Origin: Octopus vulgaris
Lineage: Eukaryota
Direction: 5' to 3'
NCBI GenBank assembly: GCA_951406725.2
Contig: OX597817.1
Location: forward strand, 42,222,001-42,286,000
DNA length: 64,000 nucleotides
In this document: positions 12,393 through 26,303 of the stretch, piece by piece
How positions within the stretch are numbered: the stretch's first letter is position 1
Layout: every line of letters starts with the position of its first letter
Translations under genes and position numbers: made by a program
The notes under the pieces: model-generated
Told to the model about the DNA's origin: nothing
Databases searched by the model: none
The model's input: the letters and a program-made list of their open reading frames with translations, nothing else

Positions 12393-12720
12393 TCATCATC
12401 ATTTAACGTCTGCTTTCCATGCTAGCATGGGTTGGACGATTTGACTGAGGTCTGGTGAACCAGATGGCTGCACCAGACCCCAATCTGATCTGGCAGAGTT
12501 TCTACAGCTGGATGCCCTTCCTAATGCCAACTACTCCAAAAGTGTAGTAGGTGCTTTTACGTGCCACCAGCATGAGGGCCAGTCAGGTGGTACTGGCAAC
12601 AGCCACGCTCAAATGGCGCATTTCATGTGTCACCTGCACAGGAGCCAGTTCAGCAGCACTGGCAACAACCTTGCACGGATGTTTTTTCATGTGCCACCAG
12701 CACAAGTGCCAGTAAGACGA
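12393..12720 (-). mobile_element. Family D short retroposon
   Basis: (CAT)n-ttaacgtctgctttccatgctagcatgggttggacg, with internal gtgccaccagcac subrepeats. Confidence 0.8.
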
Positions 12721-14369
12721 TGAGTAATTTCAACCCAGTGATGGGATTTCATCAATGACCAAGTACCCACTCATGGAAATACTACAAAAAGCCTACTATT
12801 AGAAAGGCATTACTCCATACATTTTTTTGCTGTCTTTTGAGGTTGTAAATATTTTCCCCACAATTTCCTATGAGCAATCTATTCAATAAATGAGCCACTG
12901 GTTGCATGCTCTTTCTTATGTGCTATGCTACAGTATTTTCCCATTCTCCATAGCTTTTGAAACTCACTGTAACTGGTCTTTAATTTTTTCAGCATTTGTT
13001 ATGTTTCTAGAATTCAAATTTAAAGTTTTAAAGGGGAATGAAAAAGTGTGAAATTTTGCTATTCTTCAAACTATAAAATTTTATAAATAAAATTGTCTGA
13101 CAATTATTTTTGAAAACAGCTGCTTTTATGGCATTTTTGTATAAACTTCTTTCATTTGCTTACAGCTATACTTTTTCCTATTTTATACACACATTTCTAT
13201 GGTTTCCTTTTCAACCAAACTTTAGCTATTATCTCCTAACATGCAACTTCTCATTGTCTTTCTAAGCCAAAGATCATCCAACTTCTATCTAAGTCCAGTT
13301 TACGCAATCATGTTTACACCCTGTGTCGTAACTGTTTGTTAAAACGCTTGTTTTCATTCACACACAGTCAACTTGTTTCACCCGTCCATCAAATTTACTT
13401 GTAAATAACAAGTCACTATGGTTGGTTGAAAATCTCACCTCCTCTGTATACAAAGTGCATGCATTATTTCTACAACACTTGACCGAAGCTAATTATTTGA
13501 CCATCTTTCAGCCTCTATTGAGAAAATTCACTTCAGCTCTCTTCTCAACATTCAGCAGTTTCAATATTCCTGAGTTTCTCAACTCTTATTCCTCTCATAT
13601 CTGCTGGTCTTAAAACTTACTCATTCCCCATACTGAACTGCATATACTGTTGGTCCAGTTTCCAGTTCATTTCACTGACCAAACTATTGACTATTTTTAT
13701 TTTTATTAATTTCTAAATACTTAACATTAAGAAGCCAATATCTCTACAGACTAATAAAACATTACATCACCACTTGTTCCAAAATGTTCCACAACTCCTC
13801 AACTGTAAACTTCTGATTTTTTTAAATCAGTCAGTCCACAACATATCAGCTATTTCTATGATGATGATCTATGATACATATGTGCATAAGATCGCTATGG
13901 TGCATATGATGGCTATGGAATAACAGATACAACCTGCTTAGCATATTATTAGTACAATTGCTCATGGCTGTTTGAATGCTGATGATTTCGCATGGCTGAC
14001 TGGACATTCAGCTTGTTTTGGTGACAGAACTCTTTGGTGCTGGAGGGAAACACACAAAGATGTGCATGCTTGCAGAAATATACAAATACAGATGGAAAGA
14101 GTAAAAGAGAGACAGACAGACAGAGACAGAGACAAAGACAGAGAGACAGATTGAACAATGTTGTCTTGGTTATACAAAACAGCATGTAGGTCAAGAATGA
14201 TCATCTATGATCATAGGCTCTCTCAATTAAGGCTGACCTGGGACTAAAACACCACAAGTAACTTTTCTTCATAACTCTTTAACAGACATTTTAATAATTT
14301 CACGTCAGAATCCTCTAATTTTTCAAGATGTACATCAACTATTCTCATTCAAGAAGTATTCTGAGAATA

Positions 14370-14567
14370 CAGTTCTATATTTAAGAGATGAGGAATTATG
14401 TAGATTATTTACATTATTTACATTATTTACATTCGATGGATATTTGTCCTCATCTTGTTTGTTGTTAATACAATGTTTTAGCTGATATACCCTCCAGCCT
14501 TCATCAGGCGTCTTGGGGAAATTTCGAACCTGGGTTCTCATTCCTAAGGTATTTTTCGATGTTGTTG

Positions 14568-14665
<98 letters not shown>

Positions 14666-15019
14666 GATATTATTATTATTATATGTGTGTGTTTTATATT
14701 TAGCAGGATGGTGCATGTATATGTGTGCACTTTTGTGTGCGTGTGTGTATGCGTGTGATTTGTATTTGTCAGGGTGCTGTGTGTGCACATGTATGTGTAT
14801 GTGTTTGTGTATAAAAATAATTAAAACTCACACACCTCACCTACAACTAAAAAAACAACATCGAAAAATACCTTAGGAATGAGAACCCAGGTTCGAAATT
14901 TCCTCAAGACACCTGATGAAGGCTGGAGGGTATATCAGCCAAAACGTTGTGTTAACAACAAACAAGATGAGGACAAATTTCCATCAAATGTAAATAATGT
15001 AACTAACGTAAATAATGTA
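14370..15019. mobile_element. Divergent inverted pair of ~165-bp Penelope-like termini, each with a minimal hammerhead motif, around a microsatellite spacer
   Basis: 14400-14567 is the reverse complement of 14854-15019. The plus copy at 14908-14953 reads GACAC-CTGATGA-A-GGCTG gagggtatat CAGCC-aAAA-CG-TT-GTGTT. Confidence 0.75.
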
Positions 15020-16109
15020 TTCTGGGAATGATCTCTCAGGGTTTACCATTTTTCAGTGGACACTACCATTTCTTTTTTCTGTTTGGTATTTTGGTAAAAT
15101 GTCCAATGGTTTAGTAGAATAAAATCTCTCATTTACTACTCAGTCAATATACTTATTAGAAGAATATATATCATAATAATCAAATTCCATAAATTTATCA
15201 ATGCCAGTTCAAGATTTATGTTACTAATTCAACCAAATTTGTCTCAATTTGCAGAAACACTTATTGAATAGCACATCTCCTACATCTTGTCTCAAAACCA
15301 TAATGCATGAAATATAAAATGTTCTGTTGGATTCACTCAAATGGACATTTAGTTATTGTGATATGATGTATCAAGCTTAATTCAAATGCTTTATACTCTT
15401 TGATTGTCTATGATCAATTTCAGAATAAATTGTGTATACTTACGTATAATTTAATATCTTATTTTCTCTTTTATCCTTCACAAACACTCGTCTTGTAATA
15501 TTTTATTTATTAATCATCCTTTACACTTATGCTCAGAATTTTTTTTCTCCTGTTGAGTTTAAATTTCATTAATTGTGATGAATAAGTAGAAAAACCTACA
15601 AATCTCTTTACATAAAAAAAAAAATACACACTCAGGTGTGTTTTATTATGATTATAGGAGGCATATTATATATGCACGCATGCACATACTCACACACACA
15701 CACACACACAAATAATGTACACTGGTACATACTCCACACAGAGGAAGGTAAAAAAGAGCAATAAATAAGATGGTTGCATGCACACCGATACAAAGATAAG
15801 GTATATGTGTCAGAGTATAAATGCATAGCTTGCAAGGTCTTTGTCTCGCAAGCTAACTTGGTGACACTGCTGGTGCTGGTGCTGGTGCCACATAGGAAGC
15901 ATCAGTGCTGTTGCCACATAAGAGCACTCAGTACACTCTGTAAATTGGTTGGCATAAGGAAGGACATTCAGCTGTAGAAACTTTGCCAAAATAGATAAAT
16001 GGAGCTTGGTGTAGCTCTCTGGCTTACCTGCTCTTTTTGAACCATCAAACACATGCCAGTATGGAAACAGATGTTAAATGATGATAATGACGATGATGAT
16101 ATATATATA

Positions 16110-16140
<31 letters not shown>

Positions 16141-16144
<4 letters not shown>

Positions 16145-16520
16145 GGGAGAATTCACAAAAAAGCGAAAGACGAAAACAGGTGGTGTAGACAACAAACAGA
16201 TGTATTAGTATAATGCTCGGGAAGTGTAAAAGTCTTTAACGTTTCGAGCCTACACCCTTCCACAGAAAGGAACACAGAAAGAAACAAGGAGAGAAAATAG
16301 AGAATGTGTAGTGGCTAGAGATCTATCATGGTGAATGCTGGACAGAAGGGTCACACGGGAGAGCTAGGGCGAAGGGGAGATAATAAAGTAGTGGTGATCC
16401 CAAAACGAAGGTGCATGTGCATGTGTATAAGAGAATTTGTATGTGTGTGTGGAAGAGGGCTGGTGATCTTGACGTGTGCATGTGTGTATGTGTAGGTGTG
16501 AAAATGTGGGTCCGGGAAGT

Positions 16521-16522
<2 letters not shown>
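16141..16522 (-). mobile_element. Penelope-like terminal fragment between (TA)n tracts with variant hammerhead
   Basis: Minus 16268-16234 reads CTTT-CTGTGGA-A-GGGT gtag GCTC-GAAA-CG-TT-AAAG; (TA)n on both sides. Confidence 0.6.
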
Positions 16523-16573
<51 letters not shown>

Positions 16574-17222
16574 CAAAGTAAGCTTGCAAGGTACCACACG
16601 AGTGAAAATGCTGCTGTTTCATAACTGGCACCTGTACCAGTGACACATAAAAAGCACCCACTACACTCTTGGAGTGGTTGGTTTTAGGAAGGCATCCAGT
16701 TGTAGAAACCATGTTAAATCAGATTGGAATCTGGTGCAGCTCCCCAGCTTAGCAGTTTTCGGTCAAACTGTTCAACCCATGCCAGTAAAGAAAATGGATG
16801 TTAAAGGATGATGATGATCATGATCAGGATCATGATGTAATCTTCTATGAATGCATCAGTAAAATTCTAATGAAACAGCTGCTGTAAATTTTAAACACCA
16901 TTTGTGTTTACTTTTTATATATATGTATGTATGTGTGTGTATAGGAAAGAGGTTTTGAAAATGCAGAGGTATTTTAAAGATGTTTATCGACTTCACCGGT
17001 TTCACTTTTTTAAAAAGAGATTATCAAAAGGAAAGTGTAAAGCTTTGCATAAGCTTTGTTGAGTTAAAAAATGGTTATCATTATTGTATTCAAATACATT
17101 TATACAGCCTTTGATAATGATAAGAAAATGTTAAGAAATAGAATCTTTGACAATGAATGATAAGAAAATGTTAAGAGGGGCTTTTTGTTTAAGCAGTTTA
17201 CATGAAAGTGTTCAAAATATAT

Positions 17223-17253
<31 letters not shown>

Positions 17254-19202
17254 GAATATATGTGTGTGTGTCTTTATATATGTGCTTGTCCTCCACCACT
17301 CATTATCAACTGGTGTTGGTGTGTTTACATCCTCCATAACTGAGCAGTTCAGCAAAAGATACCAATAAACTAAGTACTAGGCTTACAAAGAATAAGTCCT
17401 GGGGTTGATTCATTCATCTAAAAGTTCTTCAAGGCAGTGCCCCAGCATGGCCATAGTTAAATGACTGAAACAAGTATAAACATGTTTTACTGAGACCTGT
17501 TGGCCTGTTTTATGATGTATTTTTAATAGTTTGTTCTCAAGTTTTATTACTTTTTTCCCAACTTGGAGAACTTACAGTACTGAAAGTATAAAAGTATTTT
17601 CCAATAATTTTGTCTACATCTCAAGTGTACTTCAATGACTTTCAAGATTTCTTAACTATGCTGTGATATTAACTCCAGCATATTCTAGTTACGTGCATAT
17701 CTGATGTTGTGAGATTAAAATCTACACTAGTGGTTGGTTATGATTGGTATTTTATGTCATACCATTTCAAGTGACTATAATAACTATGAAAGTTAAAATC
17801 TTAAGGTGATTATCTGTTAAAGCACACTCGGTTAATTCTTTGCCTTCTCTCTCTTTTTTTATTATTATTTGTATCCGGATGGCTTTATTTTTGTGTGGTT
17901 GTATTCCACACAGAGAGTATTGTCAGCCATGTGTTAAGATTTATACATAGAGCAAACATAGCACATGAATATACTTGTTCATATGACAGTTGCCAACATC
18001 ATAAGAACATATAATAGATACGCAAAATGCATGAGTCTTAGAAGATAAAAGACAAATATAAATGTGCTTCATAAGTTAACTCATATATTCCCTTTCAGAA
18101 AGAAGTGAATGTAGGTTTGTTTAGCTATACTGAGAGATCTATAAAGATATATTACAAAGATAAATGAATATAGATGGTTTTCACTTATGTAAAAGTTATG
18201 ACCTGTATAAGACTACACTTGCGTAAGAGAAGTAAAGCCAGGCAAGATGGGATTAATGTTTGCTAATAGCCAGTTTGTAACCAATGATTCTGTATTTTAA
18301 ATCCCGGCAGAGTTGATGTTAAACATTTCTTCCAACAAGAAATATATAGAATAAATGTTAAATTGGCAACAAAATGTGAGATGCATTCTTGAACATGCAG
18401 TGATGCACTGGCTAAATGAACACAGCATGGCTGAATGCTTAGGTAGTTTGTTTGACAATCAGAAGGTCCCAAGTTTGATCCCACTCTGGTTATCTTGGAT
18501 AAATGTCATTTAACCATAACTGTAAGTCAATCAAGGCACTTTTTGCCAACTGCTAAGTTATGGGGATGTCAACACACCAGCAACAGTTGCCATGTGGTCG
18601 TGGAGGATAAATGCAGACACAAACACACACACATGCACACACGCACACACACATGCATGCATGCACACAAACACACACACACACACACATACATCATGAG
18701 ATTATTGTGATCATTTTAATATTTTTATGCTTAGTTGCCTACTTGAAAAAACAAAAATCACAAAAAACATGTAAAGTATTATCCTTTTGTTGCAAAATTA
18801 TTTTATAAACATGTATTTTTCTTATGTGATGGAGTAAAAGCAGTACATTCATTCAGAGTTCAAATGCAGACCTGTCAAGAAGACAAAAACTTTTTAATTC
18901 AATGAAGCTGAAATTTTACCAAAATATCTAAGTTTGATAAAAGCAGACTTGGGTTTAAAATTTCATAATCTTTGATAGATTCTTTCTACTCTTCTGATAA
19001 TAAAGGTTAAAGGAAACCAAATTGTAATGTCCCAACTGGGAATTGAACCTCCATACTGTGTACTTCATGCTAACAATTGAAGTACACTGTGTACTTTATG
19101 CTAACAATTACTATATCGAAGACACTGTGAGATCTCAGTCAAACTCACAGAGAACCAGGATTTCAGAAGTAATAAGTGTCTGAGTGGTTAACAATTGAAC
19201 TA

Positions 19203-19400
19203 CAGTCATCCCTTGCCATAACACAGTTCACCTATCATACACTCAGTACATCATGGTTCACCTATCGTGCACTCAGTACATCGTGGTTGACCTATCGTGT
19301 ACTCAGTACATGGTGGATTTTTCTAGCTAAAATATGTAAACTTATATCGCAGAGTCCTCAACATATTGTGGACTCCTCAGTATATCATTGGTTTCTGTGG
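19203..19400 (+). mobile_element. pogo/Tigger-like MITE end with a 30-bp subterminal tandem repeat (x3)
   Basis: TA|cagtcatcccttgccata terminus; unit gttcacctatcgtgcactcagtacatcgtg repeated at about 19226-19316. Confidence 0.55.
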
Positions 19401-19649
19401 CTGATAGGTATTTATATCTTTTTAGATCTTGATTATTTCTATGGGAGGTTTTGGATCATAACACCCATGATAGTCAAGGGATTACTGCACACGTTGTTGC
19501 TTTTATGTTAAACTGCTGTATGTCCAAATTTGACCAAATGCATTTTTGTTCAATATTTAATCTTGCTTGCAATAACTGGTTCTTTTGGTTAAACTGTCAT
19601 ATCGCCAACTGCTGCAGATGCCAAGATATTAAAATTGTCAAAGTGTACT

Positions 19650-19878
19650 CTTTCACTCTTTTATTCCTTTACCTGTTTAAATCATTTGACTGTGGCCATG
19701 CAGGAGCACCGCCTTTAGTCGAGCATATCAACCCCAGGACTTATTCTTTGTAAGCCTAGTACTTATTCTATTGGGCTCTTGCCAAACTGCTAAGTTACAG
19801 GGACATAAACACACTAGCATCGGTTGCCAAGCGATGTTGGGGGGACAAACAGAGACACACAAACATATACACACAAAC

Positions 19879-19933
<55 letters not shown>

Positions 19934-20100
19934 CATACATACAACGGGCTTCTTTCAGTTTCTGTCTACTAAATCCACTCACAAGGCTTTGGTTGGCCTG
20001 AGGCTATAGTAGAAGACACTTGCCCAAAGTGCCACGCAGTGGGACTGAACCCAGAAACATGTAGTTCATAAGCAAGCTACTTAGCACACAGCCACTCCTG
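19650..20100 (-). mobile_element. Family A SINE, near full length
   Basis: Reverse complement of 57079-57490 with an internal (TA)n. Confidence 0.85.
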
Positions 20101-20336
20101 TACAACTGTTTAGCATTTTTCGAAAGTGTAGTAAGTCGCATATACGACACTTTTGCAAAAATATTTCCAACTGAAAATATCATACAAGCATGGAATTATG
20201 ATTCTATGCACCCAACAAAGTTAAGCTGAAACTGTTGCTAACGTAAAAAGAAAACTATTTTTTCATTTTCTGAGAAAGCAATGTTTTTGGACTTACAACA
20301 TTTTTGCATAATAACAATATGTAATAAAGCTATTAA

Positions 20337-20552
20337 TCTTTTAGCATTCAAATTACGCTGTTAAATGTATCACTTGCTTATTCAGATTGTTTTGAATTAA
20401 TCATGCATTATCTTGTAGTTCTGAGATGTCAATAATTTGATTATTTTTAGAATTACATTGTAGGATTGGTGTAAGAGTCTGGATCTGACAAGTTCAAAAA
20501 TAAAACAAGTAGAATATTTGAGCCAGAAATGGATGGTTTAAATGCTAAAGAG
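20337..20552. mobile_element. piggyBac-type MITE
   Basis: TTAA on both sides (20333-20336, 20553-20556); imperfect TIRs tcttttagcattcaaa / tttaaatgctaaagag. Confidence 0.7.
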
Positions 20553-22359
20553 TTAAATTGTTCAAATGGCTCATAAGATGCAGTATATATTTATAGATAG
20601 CTTCTACTACCTGTGTGTTTTCAGGAATGGTTTTATTGAAGGTGTTATGGGTACAAGAAAGAAAATGTAGATGGCGAGAAAGCTGTTATTTCTGTTTTCC
20701 CTACAGAGCAAAGTCAGTTTGGGAAAATGCATGATAAATATGACATTGCATGATGCTGCATGATATTATGTGATATTACATGATATTGCATGAGATGTTG
20801 GCATTTAATGCAAAAGCCAAGGAGAAATGAGTTGGTTATGAATCTAGGAATGTTTAATATTAAATAGAATGAAAGCAGCATACAAGAAGTTCAAATGGAG
20901 TTTAAATGCATCGACTGATTTATGAAGAAGAGACAATTGTGTTGATACAAGAGATAACTATAATATAAATGGATATGAGTACCAGGTAAAGAGAAAATAA
21001 TAAAACTGCTGATGGCAGAAAGCATGTGCGTTAGCATAAGATGGAGGAAGACAACGCAGGTTGTAAGAATCTCAGAAATGTAGAATTCATTGACACGATG
21101 TGCTGGGATTTACTGTACTGCACACCTATCCAACCCTGCTGGCATGGAAAAATTTGTTAAAACAATGACGATGGTGGTGGTAGTGGTGGTGGTAGTAGCT
21201 GTGGCAGTGGTGGTGCTGGTGGTGACAACTACAATACCATTGGCGCCACAGCTACCAAGGATGATGATGATGAGCAGGAGAAGGCAGAGGATTTGTACAA
21301 GTATTATATTTATGTTGTTGCCTGTCTTTTTAAAGATACAAGCAAAGAGAGAGGGAGAGAAAAGAATTTCAAAAATAATATTTAATTAGTTTTTATTTTT
21401 AGAAGAAGTAGAATAATAACTTTCTCTTGTTCATTTTTGAAGAGTCGACATTTTGAAAATTATTTTTAAAGTTAGTATTCTTTATTGAGTTTTCTGTTCA
21501 TGAATAAAATTAGTTGATATTGATATTAGCTTTTGAGCAAAAGAAAAAGAAAGAAAATATAAATAAATAAATAAATTTACAAAACCATGACAACATGGAG
21601 GAAATAATTCAACCATTTCCTGTGTCCACTCAAATGATCAGCCAATGGGAAAAAATCTTCACACTTTTAACATTCAATTTTTTATGCTTTATTTCTTTTA
21701 AATTTTTCTTTTGTAACCTTTAATGATTGAAGTTTTAAACAGCTATCTTAAAAATAGATATGTGGTTTTGTCAAATTCACAAAAGAAAAAATAAAAGAAA
21801 AATATAATTAAAATATTGAAAGTCTGTACAGTTTCAGAATGTGCAGTGAAAATTTGGTTGTGATAATATCTGAAAAATAGATAAGAATAATTTCAAATAA
21901 AGGCCATGAAAGGAGTAAAGAGTATTTCAACTTAGTTAAACCAATTAAAGACTTAGCTATACTAAGTCAACCAACAGCTGCACATGTGCTGAATGTCATA
22001 TTTTTCTAAGGTTTATGATAGATCAGAGACATAGCTGGGCTTTAGAAACAAATTTTTGAAACTAAATTTGCGATGCTAATCAGAAATACAAATATATGTG
22101 TTGCTTTTAATTTAATTGTTCACCAATGTGATTACATATTCCAGAAAATTCTAGGTGCTTTTTGGAAAAGGAAGATTTAAATCAATTCTAATTGGACTAA
22201 AATTCACAACTGCAAACACTATCAGCTTTTTTTTTTAACTTTGCAATATTTAACTGTGTGCTATAATCATTTGTCAAAATCATTCAACTCTTCCAGAGAT
22301 GAATAGGATGTGGATCTAACAACATATCCAATGTGATGGTTAAAACTGATCAAAAATAT

Positions 22360-23052
22360 CAAGCATGGCCATGTGGTAAGAAGCTTGCTTCCCAACCACA
22401 TGATTCTGGGTTCAGTCCCAACATGTGGCACTTCAGGCAAGTGTCTTTTCTTATAGCTTCTGGCCAACCAAAGACTTGTCAATGGATTTGGTAGACAGAA
22501 ACTAAAATAAGGTGGCGAGCTGGTAGAAACGTTAGCATGCCGGGCGAAATGCTTAGCGGTATTTCGTCTGCCGTTACGTTCCGAGTTCAAATTCTGCCAA
22601 GTTCGACTTTGCCTTTCATCCTTTCGGGGTTGATAAATTAAGTACTAGTTACACACTGGGGTCGAAGTAATCAACTTAACCTCTTTGTCTATCCTTGTGT
22701 GTCCCCTCTATGTTTAGCCCCTTGTGGGCAATAAAGAAATAAGAAATTAAAAGAAGCTTGTTGTATATATATATATATGCATATGTGTGTGTGTGTTTAT
22801 ATATATATACACATACGTATGTGTGTTTGTGTGTGTGTTTTTGTGTCTGAGTTTGCCCTCCTCCACTGCCTGACAACCAGTGCTGTCCCCATAACATAAT
22901 GGTTCAGCAAAAGAGACCAACAAAATATGTACCAAGCTTCAAAAAGAATAAGTACTTGGGATGAATCATTTGCCTAAATATTCTTCAAAGGTGGTGCCCC
23001 AGCATGGCCACAGTCTAATTACTGACACAAGTGAAAGGCAAACGATAAAAGA
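22360..23052 (+). mobile_element. Family A SINE interrupted by a family B SINE (about 22509-22741)
   Basis: Near-identical TSD agaaactaaaa / agaaattaaaa around the inserted copy; the family A body resumes at gaagcttgttg. Confidence 0.8.
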
Positions 23053-23262
23053 TTGAATTAAGTTCAAAAGTCTTGCTTAGTGCCCTCAACACATGACATG
23101 TCTTAAACATATGTCTTAGACCTGGGGGAACCCATCTTTCTCTAATTTCCTCCAGAAGATAGGAAGATAGAAAGAAATATTGAGAGTAAGAAAAGAATCA
23201 GCCCCAGTATAAAACTGGTGTTTTATCTATCAACCATAAGAAGCATGGAAAAACAGATGTAA

Positions 23263-23488
23263 AGATGATGATGATGATGATGATGATGATGACGACGACG
23301 ATGATGATGACGACAATGATGACGATGACGATGATGATGATGACAATGATGATGATGATGACGATGATGACGATGACGACGACGATGACAACGACAATGA
23401 TGACAATGATGACGATGATGATGATGATGATGATGATGATTATGATGATGATAATGACGTCAACGACGATGACAACAACAATGATGAC

Positions 23489-23520
<32 letters not shown>

Positions 23521-23640
23521 CAATGATGACGATAATGGCGACAACGATGATGATGATGATGATGAGTACGGCAATGACAATGCTGATGACGATGATGATG
23601 ATTATGACAATGATGGTGACTTTGATGATGATGATGATCT
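23263..23640. repeat. (GAT/GAC)n triplet array, ~380 bp, grown from a family D tail
   Basis: Directly preceded by agcatggaaaaacagatgtaaa, the family D 3' end. Confidence 0.9.
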
Positions 23641-24344
23641 TAATTCACAAGACTTGAGTCAGCTTGAGGCTACGGTAAAAGATGCTTGCCCTAGATTCCC
23701 CTGAAATCACCGCAACGAGACCAAACCTGGCTACCTGACGAAATTCTTAACCAATCTGCCATATCTGCATTCTTACACAAAACTGAATCGGTTTTTAGTT
23801 TTAGTACCTACCGCCAAACTGTTGTGGTTTCTAAAGAGACTCAGAATAAGTTTAAAAGAAATCCAACAGCATCAATTGAAGAAATGGATTACAAAGAAAG
23901 ATTCAAAGACTGCTACTCCCACTCTTTTCCTTAACATTCCTTTAACAATCTTTGTAATAATCAATTGTACACACAAAATAATTTACTTTCAATTGATAAA
24001 TCTCAGTTTTTCTTCCTGTTTAATCTTTGAATGCTTCAATTATCTTAAAACATTTACTGAAAAAAAATTTTATTGAAATAATAATAAACTGAGAAACAAT
24101 ATCGAACTGTTACCTTTCATTATCTTTTCTTCTATTATTCCATTCTAGGAGTTGGAAGAGAGAGAAGAAGAGGGATAGAGATAGAGAGATGAGGACTATA
24201 TATACACACACACAAACACACCAGTGTGAGCACCGTAAATCTCATCCTATTGTTTTATAGAAACAATGGTTTGTTCCACTTTGAAGAACAGCAATTTTCG
24301 GATACATTCTTTTATACAACCACCAACTGAGAACTTCAAAAGGT

Positions 24345-24353
24345 TATTATTAT

Positions 24354-24412
<59 letters not shown>

Positions 24413-24455
24413 TTATTATTATCATTATTACTATTATTATTATTATTATTATTAT

Positions 24456-24499
<44 letters not shown>

Positions 24500-24575
24500 T
24501 TATTATCGTTATTACTATTATTATTATTATTAATATTATTATTATTATTATTATTATTATGTTATTATTATTATG
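24345..24575. repeat. (TAT/TAC)n compound microsatellite
   Basis: Direct reading. Confidence 0.95.
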
Positions 24576-24884
24576 GACAATAAAAAATATCCCACCTTTT
24601 ACACAAGTTGTCATCATCTTAAATAACGGTAATAACAATGATGTCACTGATAATGGTAAAATGGATGACAACAATGAAAGAAAGGAAAGAGAAAGAAAGT
24701 GAAAGAACGAATACAAAAATAAATTGTTTGAGTGGTGCGTGGGGGCGAGGGGGGTAAACAAAACGGAACTTATTTTGCCACCAAAATCAGCTTTTACTTA
24801 GTGTAAAAATACAAATATATAAATATTTCATTGTAAATATATGAATATTCTATGTGTAAAAATTCACTACAATGTCCAACTTCT

Positions 24885-25165
24885 CCACATCCTCCTCCTC
24901 ATCATCATCATCCTTCCTCCTCCCTTCCACTTCACCATTCTCCCCTCCCCTTCATTCTCCTCCCCTCCATTTCATCCCTTTCCCCGCCACCTTTTCTCTC
25001 TTCACCACTTCTCTCCTCTTCATCCCCTTCTCTCCTCTTCATCCCCTTCTCTCCTCTTCACCTCCTTCTCTCCTCTTCACCCCTTCTCTCCTCTTCACCC
25101 CTTCCCCTCTTTTTCATCCTTCTCTCCCCCTCTTCTTCCTTACCTCTTCCTCTTCATCCTCATCC
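24885..25165. repeat. Polypyrimidine minisatellite (~20-nt unit ccccttctctcctcttca)
   Basis: Several tandem units at about 25005-25105 within a CT-rich tract. Confidence 0.8.
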
Positions 25166-26011
25166 ACCTACTTATCAGTCGTAAACTTCATCACCATTAC
25201 CATGACCATGAAAGTAACGATCCTGTTTATTGTGCTTGTTTTTCTCATATTTAATCATATTTAATTATTTTTTACTGATTTGGCCGTGTCTATATTATTA
25301 ATTCATGAGCTATTTCATATTATTTGTTTTATTCAATTAAATGTATCAGAATTTTACACATCCTATCTTACCTTACTACACATCACAATAAGCTTAACTC
25401 TACCCAAGCTAATATTACACACATCCAAATACTTCTGGTTACTTAGCAAGCATTTATCATTACTGTCATATATATCAAACATTACAGCTGTCTATATTTC
25501 TCTCATAGCGTCGCCCAACTCAATTGAGATGTCAGATACAGACATATGCAATAAAATATATTCAGATCACTCCTATATAGCTTCAGGGAAAAGTCTGCTT
25601 CCATTGTCTAAGTTCCATTACCAATTAGGATCATGCTTCTGATACAAGGATACTGGTATAATTTACGGTTCTTTATCGCAGCAGATGGTTCTAGATTTCC
25701 TCCAGTAATATTTCAGTGTTAATTAGTCTGAAAAGGAAAGGAACCTGTAGGCTTTTTAGGACCATCTATGCTGACAGATAAGGATAACTGGTTACAGTTC
25801 ATCATCATCATTATCACTCTTCTACTCTTTTACTTGTTTCAGTCATTTGATTGTGGCCATGCTAGAGTGCTGCCTTTAGTCGAGCAAATCGACCCCAGGA
25901 CTCATTCTTTGTAAGCCTAGTACTTATTCTATCGGTCTCTTTTGCTGAACCACTAAATTACGGGGACGTAAACACACCAGCATTGGTTGTCAAGTGATGT
26001 TGGGGTGACAA

Positions 26012-26068
<57 letters not shown>

Positions 26069-26303
26069 CATATATACAACTGGCTTCTTTCAGTTTCCGT
26101 CTTCCAAAGGCTACAGTAGAAGACACTTGCCAGAGGTGCCATGCAGTGGGACTGAACCTGGAACCATGTGGTTTGAAAGCAAGCTATATATATATATACA
26201 TATATATTAATTAGAATAAAGAGTAAAAATCATTAATGATTTTATCAGGAGGTCAGCATGAAAATAAAAAACTTATAGGTAAGTTTTACAAATATTTTAT
26301 AAA

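Noticed and set aside
20625-20760. Possible exon(s) with an NGFIEG EF-hand-like peptide and a strong acceptor at 20707
   Set aside because: Frames close quickly and no convincing donor or family match was found.
23265-23657. Met/Thr-rich 130-aa ORF
   Set aside because: (ATG/ACG)n array at a retroposon tail.
25280-25642. 120-aa ORF
   Set aside because: Non-ATG start, AT-rich composition and no recognisable domain.
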